NCBI GenBank assembly: GCA_026004495.1
Contig: BPJG01000001.1
Location: 560,527 to 624,526 of the forward strand
DNA: 64,000 nt
Source: Candidatus Parcubacteria bacterium
GTDB taxonomy: Bacteria > Patescibacteriota > Minisyncoccia > UBA6257 > HR35
Direction: 5' to 3'
Positions 60,651-64,000 of the stretch are shown here, one piece after another; the stretch's first letter is position 1; each line of letters starts with the position of its first letter. Position numbers and translations under genes: made by a program. The notes beneath the pieces are model-generated. The model did no database searches, was not told where the DNA came from, and saw only the letters and a program-made list of their open reading frames with translations.

Positions 60651-61970
60651 TTAATACCATTTATTAATAATAAGATTTTTAAATTTTTTAAAATTATTTT
60701 CTTTTATAGATTTTCTTATCTGCTTAAATAAGTTTAAAATCCAAAAAACATTATGTTCAGTTAAAAGCATAATTCCATAAATTTCTTTTTCACGCAGTAA
60801 GTGGCAAATATAAGATCGGGGATATTTTTGACAAATTTGACATTGGCATTTTAAATCAATTGGTTTTCTATCTGTTAAATATTTACTTGATTTTAAATTT
60901 ATTCTACCCTGAAAACTAAATCCAGTTCCATGCCTTGCCCATCTTGTTGGAATAACGCAGTCAAATAAATCAATTCCTTGTTCAATGGCATTAAAAATAT
61001 CATCAATTTCACCGATACCTAATAGATGCCTTGGTTTGTTTTCATAAAGATAAGGTAATGTCCAATTTAAAACTTTAATAATATCTTTTTTACTTTTGCC
61101 TAAACTGCCACCAATGCCAAAACCAAAGAAGGGAAGTGAATTAACAAATTTAGCTGATTCTTTTCTTAAATCTTCATATTCTCCTCCTTGAACAATTCCA
61201 AATAAAACTTGTTTTTTAGTTGTACTGAATTCATCTAAACATTTTATTGCCCATTGGTGGGTACGTTTTAATGCTTTTTTAGTATATTCATAGGTTGAAA
61301 GTGGAGAAGTGCATTCATCAAAAGCAAAAATAATATCAGCGCCTAAAATTTTTTGAACCTTAATTGAAATTTCAGGAGATAAAAATAATTTTTGGCCATT
61401 ATAGGGATCAATAAACTCAACTCCATCATCATAAACTTTGACTAAATTCTTATTATTCACGGATTTTTTCGGACTTAACATGGACTGTTCGGACTTATTG
61501 CCTTTTCTGTTCTGTCCGTTCTTAGTCTGCGTATAGCTCCTAACCAGAACAAAGTTCGGTTTGGGGTCGGACAGCGTGCTTTGTTCTACTGCCCGATCTG
61601 CGTTAATCTGCTTTTCTTCAGGAAATATATCTGCAACCTTTCCAACTTTATGTTCCATTCCAAATCCTAAGCTAAAAATCTGAAAACCACCACTGTCAGT
61701 CATCAATGGATAATTAATATTTAAAAATTTATGCAACCCACCAAATTTTTGAACAATTTTATATCTCTCCTGACGAAAAAAATGAAAAGTATTAACCATA
61801 AAAATTTCAGCACCAAATTTTCTGGCTTGTTCAAAACTTAAGCCTCTAATACTTCCCTTAGTAGCAACAATGGCTAAATTAGGGGTATGAATGATTCCGT
61901 GAGGAGTTTTTAGAATCCCTAATCTTGCTTTACTTCTTTTATCTTTTGTTAGTATCTTAAATCTAAACAT
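60651..61970 (-). CDS. tgt: tRNA-guanine transglycosylase with an in-frame insertion
   Basis: ARLG, MTDSGGFQ, FDEC, GIVQGG, PRHLLG, DLFDCV and the zinc motif CQC..C..H. Confidence 0.96.
   Translation of the reverse strand: MFRFKILTKDKRSKARLGILKTPHGIIHTPNLAIVATKGSIRGLSFEQARKFGAEIFMVNTFHFFRQERYKIVQKFGGLHKFLNINYPLMTDSGGFQIFSLGFGMEHKVGKVADIFPEEKQINADRAVEQSTLSDPKPNFVLVRSYTQTKNGQNRKGNKSEQSMLSPKKSVNNKNLVKVYDDGVEFIDPYNGQKLFLSPEISIKVQKILGADIIFAFDECTSPLSTYEYTKKALKRTHQWAIKCLDEFSTTKKQVLFGIVQGGEYEDLRKESAKFVNSLPFFGFGIGGSLGKSKKDIIKVLNWTLPYLYENKPRHLLGIGEIDDIFNAIEQGIDLFDCVIPTRWARHGTGFSFQGRINLKSSKYLTDRKPIDLKCQCQICQKYPRSYICHLLREKEIYGIMLLTEHNVFWILNLFKQIRKSIKENNFKKFKNLIINKWY
61457..61612. repeat. GC-rich nested palindromic insertion within tgt
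   Basis: Inner inverted repeat AGAACAAAG (61546-54) / CTTTGTTCT (61579-87). Outer periodic CGGA/TGGA arm (61460, 61470, 61481, 61490) faces a TCTG/TCCG arm. Confidence 0.7.
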
Positions 61971-62013
61971 CTAATTTTTTATAAAAATATTTATATTATT
62001 TTATAATTATACT

Positions 62014-64000
62014 ATGGACGGTAATTTTAACCTCGAAAAGTTACATGAAGAAGCATTAATAGTAAATGAAGAGGTTAATAAAAGAGCTTGGAAAGGACCG
62101 CAAGATTCTCTTTCAAAAATTGCTGAAGAAATAATAAAGAATTTGGAAAATCTGGAAAAAGAAAAATCTCAAGATCAAATATCACTATTAAAAGTAAAAC
62201 CTATTTTTGGATTACCAACTGAAATAAAAGAAGATTTTTATAAATTTTATGAAGCAGTTGATAACTTAGATAATAATAAAATAAAATATTATGAAGAAAT
62301 AAAAGAAAATTTTTTTAATAAACTTATTAAATTAGATGAAATTATTAAAAAAGGAAATGGGGAATTGATAAAAAAGAAAAAACAAATAGAAATATTACAA
62401 GAAAGTCTTTTTAAATTCGATCCATTTAGCTTTATCTTTAAACATCATAAATATTTTGATTTTGATAAGGAATTCTCTGTTTTAAAAAATTTTTCAAGTT
62501 TAACCAGCCATAAATTTAAATTTATTTTTTTAAAAAATTATAGAAATCAAATTAATCAAGAGATAGAGAAAAAAATTGAGGAATATCGAAAGCAAGAAAT
62601 AGAAATTAAAAAAAATTTAGTTGAAGAGTTTAATAAAACTAAACAAGATATTTTAGAATTTATTCAAAATATTCAAAAAAATTTAAATAATTTAAGTATA
62701 TTTTTAAGCAATCCTGAAAAAGAAATTATATCTTTTTTAACCGCTACCCTACCAATAGCTTTGGCAATTAAGGAATTTGGACTTAAAAATTATTCTCAAC
62801 TTGTAGAAGTTTTTAATAGTTTAAAAGATAATTATGAAATACTTAAGGATAATCATAAGTTAATAATAGATTCCTTAGATGAACTTAATTGTCGAATTAC
62901 AAGTATATTTGAAGATGGAAGTAGAGTTATAAATTCTTTTTTGAAAGATTGCTTAGAACATGACATAGGATTATCTGTAATATTTAATATGTTAACCACT
63001 TATAGAAAAGGATTTAATATACCAATGGTGTATGGCGAGACAGAACTTAAACAAAGTAATCTTTCAAATTTATCTTCTGAAGAAATAAATAAAATTTTTG
63101 GATTTCCTTTATCTCTTGGTCGAATATATGAAATTATGGGATACCCTACAGAAGAAGAATTAAATGATTTTGAAATAAAGATAAAAGAAATTAGAAATAA
63201 ATTTAGTAAAATATTAGATTTGCCAGAAGAATCTTTATTAAAAAATTTATTAAGTAAAATTAATAAAATTAGAAAAAAATTAGAAATCTTTAGAGATTTT
63301 GAAACCAATCTTAGACAATCACTCTTAACTCATGCTACATTTTGGCAAGGTTTTTTAAAAATTTTAGAAGAACGAAAATTAGCATCACAAACTTCTCAGC
63401 AAGAAACAGGTAAGGAACCTACTAAGGGGCCTACTATTTTAGTTAGGGGTGGTGCTATAAATACAGGAGTTGAACAATATAAGCCTGGTTTATGGTTTGG
63501 TATAAATGGAGTTGAACCTTATGGTGCCTTTGTATTTATTTTTCCCACTGCTTTTGTTATAAGAGGCAAAAAATTTGTTATTCTTCCTAGTACAAAAGCA
63601 GACAGAGAAGGTAGATTTCTTGAAATGGGAGTTTACAGCGAAGGATATAGCCTCGAAAGTCCTAAGGGTATTGAAATTAGTATTAATGATTCCCTTATAT
63701 TATGCCCTCAATTATTAGAAACAGAAGTTAGAGATGAATTAAAAAAAATAGGCTATAATGATGAATGGATAAGTGAGCATATAGTTTTTTATGAGATTTC
63801 AGAATATTATATAGATAAAATTTGGAGTTGTATTCCAATTCCAATAGAAGATTTATCTCATAAAAAATATACCGACGAAGAAAAAATAGAAAAAATTAAA
63901 CAAGTACTTATGTGTTCGGACCAAAAAGAATATATAGAAATGGGAGGTAATAAAATTAATGGTATTTTAGCTGAAATAGCTTCTGGAGTCTTAAAAACTT
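62014..64000 (+). CDS. Large hypothetical protein (over 660 aa, runs off the window) with a possible ADP-ribosyltransferase-like domain
   Basis: Not in the ORF track because it has no stop in the window. Frame checked open from ATG 62014 to the end. LTHATFWQGFLKILEERKLAS begins at about 63325. Confidence 0.8.
   Translation, partial: MDGNFNLEKLHEEALIVNEEVNKRAWKGPQDSLSKIAEEIIKNLENLEKEKSQDQISLLKVKPIFGLPTEIKEDFYKFYEAVDNLDNNKIKYYEEIKENFFNKLIKLDEIIKKGNGELIKKKKQIEILQESLFKFDPFSFIFKHHKYFDFDKEFSVLKNFSSLTSHKFKFIFLKNYRNQINQEIEKKIEEYRKQEIEIKKNLVEEFNKTKQDILEFIQNIQKNLNNLSIFLSNPEKEIISFLTATLPIALAIKEFGLKNYSQLVEVFNSLKDNYEILKDNHKLIIDSLDELNCRITSIFEDGSRVINSFLKDCLEHDIGLSVIFNMLTTYRKGFNIPMVYGETELKQSNLSNLSSEEINKIFGFPLSLGRIYEIMGYPTEEELNDFEIKIKEIRNKFSKILDLPEESLLKNLLSKINKIRKKLEIFRDFETNLRQSLLTHATFWQGFLKILEERKLASQTSQQETGKEPTKGPTILVRGGAINTGVEQYKPGLWFGINGVEPYGAFVFIFPTAFVIRGKKFVILPSTKADREGRFLEMGVYSEGYSLESPKGIEISINDSLILCPQLLETEVRDELKKIGYNDEWISEHIVFYEISEYYIDKIWSCIPIPIEDLSHKKYTDEEKIEKIKQVLMCSDQKEYIEMGGNKINGILAEIASGVLKT

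Overview
Very AT-rich bacterial chromosome segment in the standard genetic code (several genes end in TGA). Its features point to a Patescibacteria/CPR (Parcubacteria-like) genome: no rpmD in the spc cluster, L9 present, alpha2-type GlyRS, short AspRS and PheT, VirB2/TrbC-like pilins next to comEC, a C1:G72 tRNA-Tyr, and almost no Shine-Dalgarno motifs. Most of the window is housekeeping: an r-protein cluster rplB to secY, dnaB, secA, groESL, clpB, aaRS genes, recO/recR, murB, mraZ-rsmH-ftsL-ftsI, tgt and 7 tRNAs. I saw no CRISPR array, integrase, transposase, reverse transcriptase or rRNA. The most interesting signals are: (1) two hairpins with unrelated stems but the same CGAA(T/G)TGT loop, one before groES and one before groEL; (2) a single GC-rich collagen-like membrane gene with a consensus promoter, a palindrome, AGGAGG and a terminator; (3) a TruB-acylphosphatase fusion; (4) a nested GC-rich palindromic in-frame insert in tgt; (5) an unannotated hairpin/basic micro-protein/terminator unit among DnaA and MraZ boxes; (6) a secreted repeat-protein gene broken by one TGA at a probable Gly; (7) pilin-cargo fusions; (8) a truncated large ORF with an ADP-ribosyltransferase-like motif set. 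All family assignments come from motif recognition by eye, not database searches.
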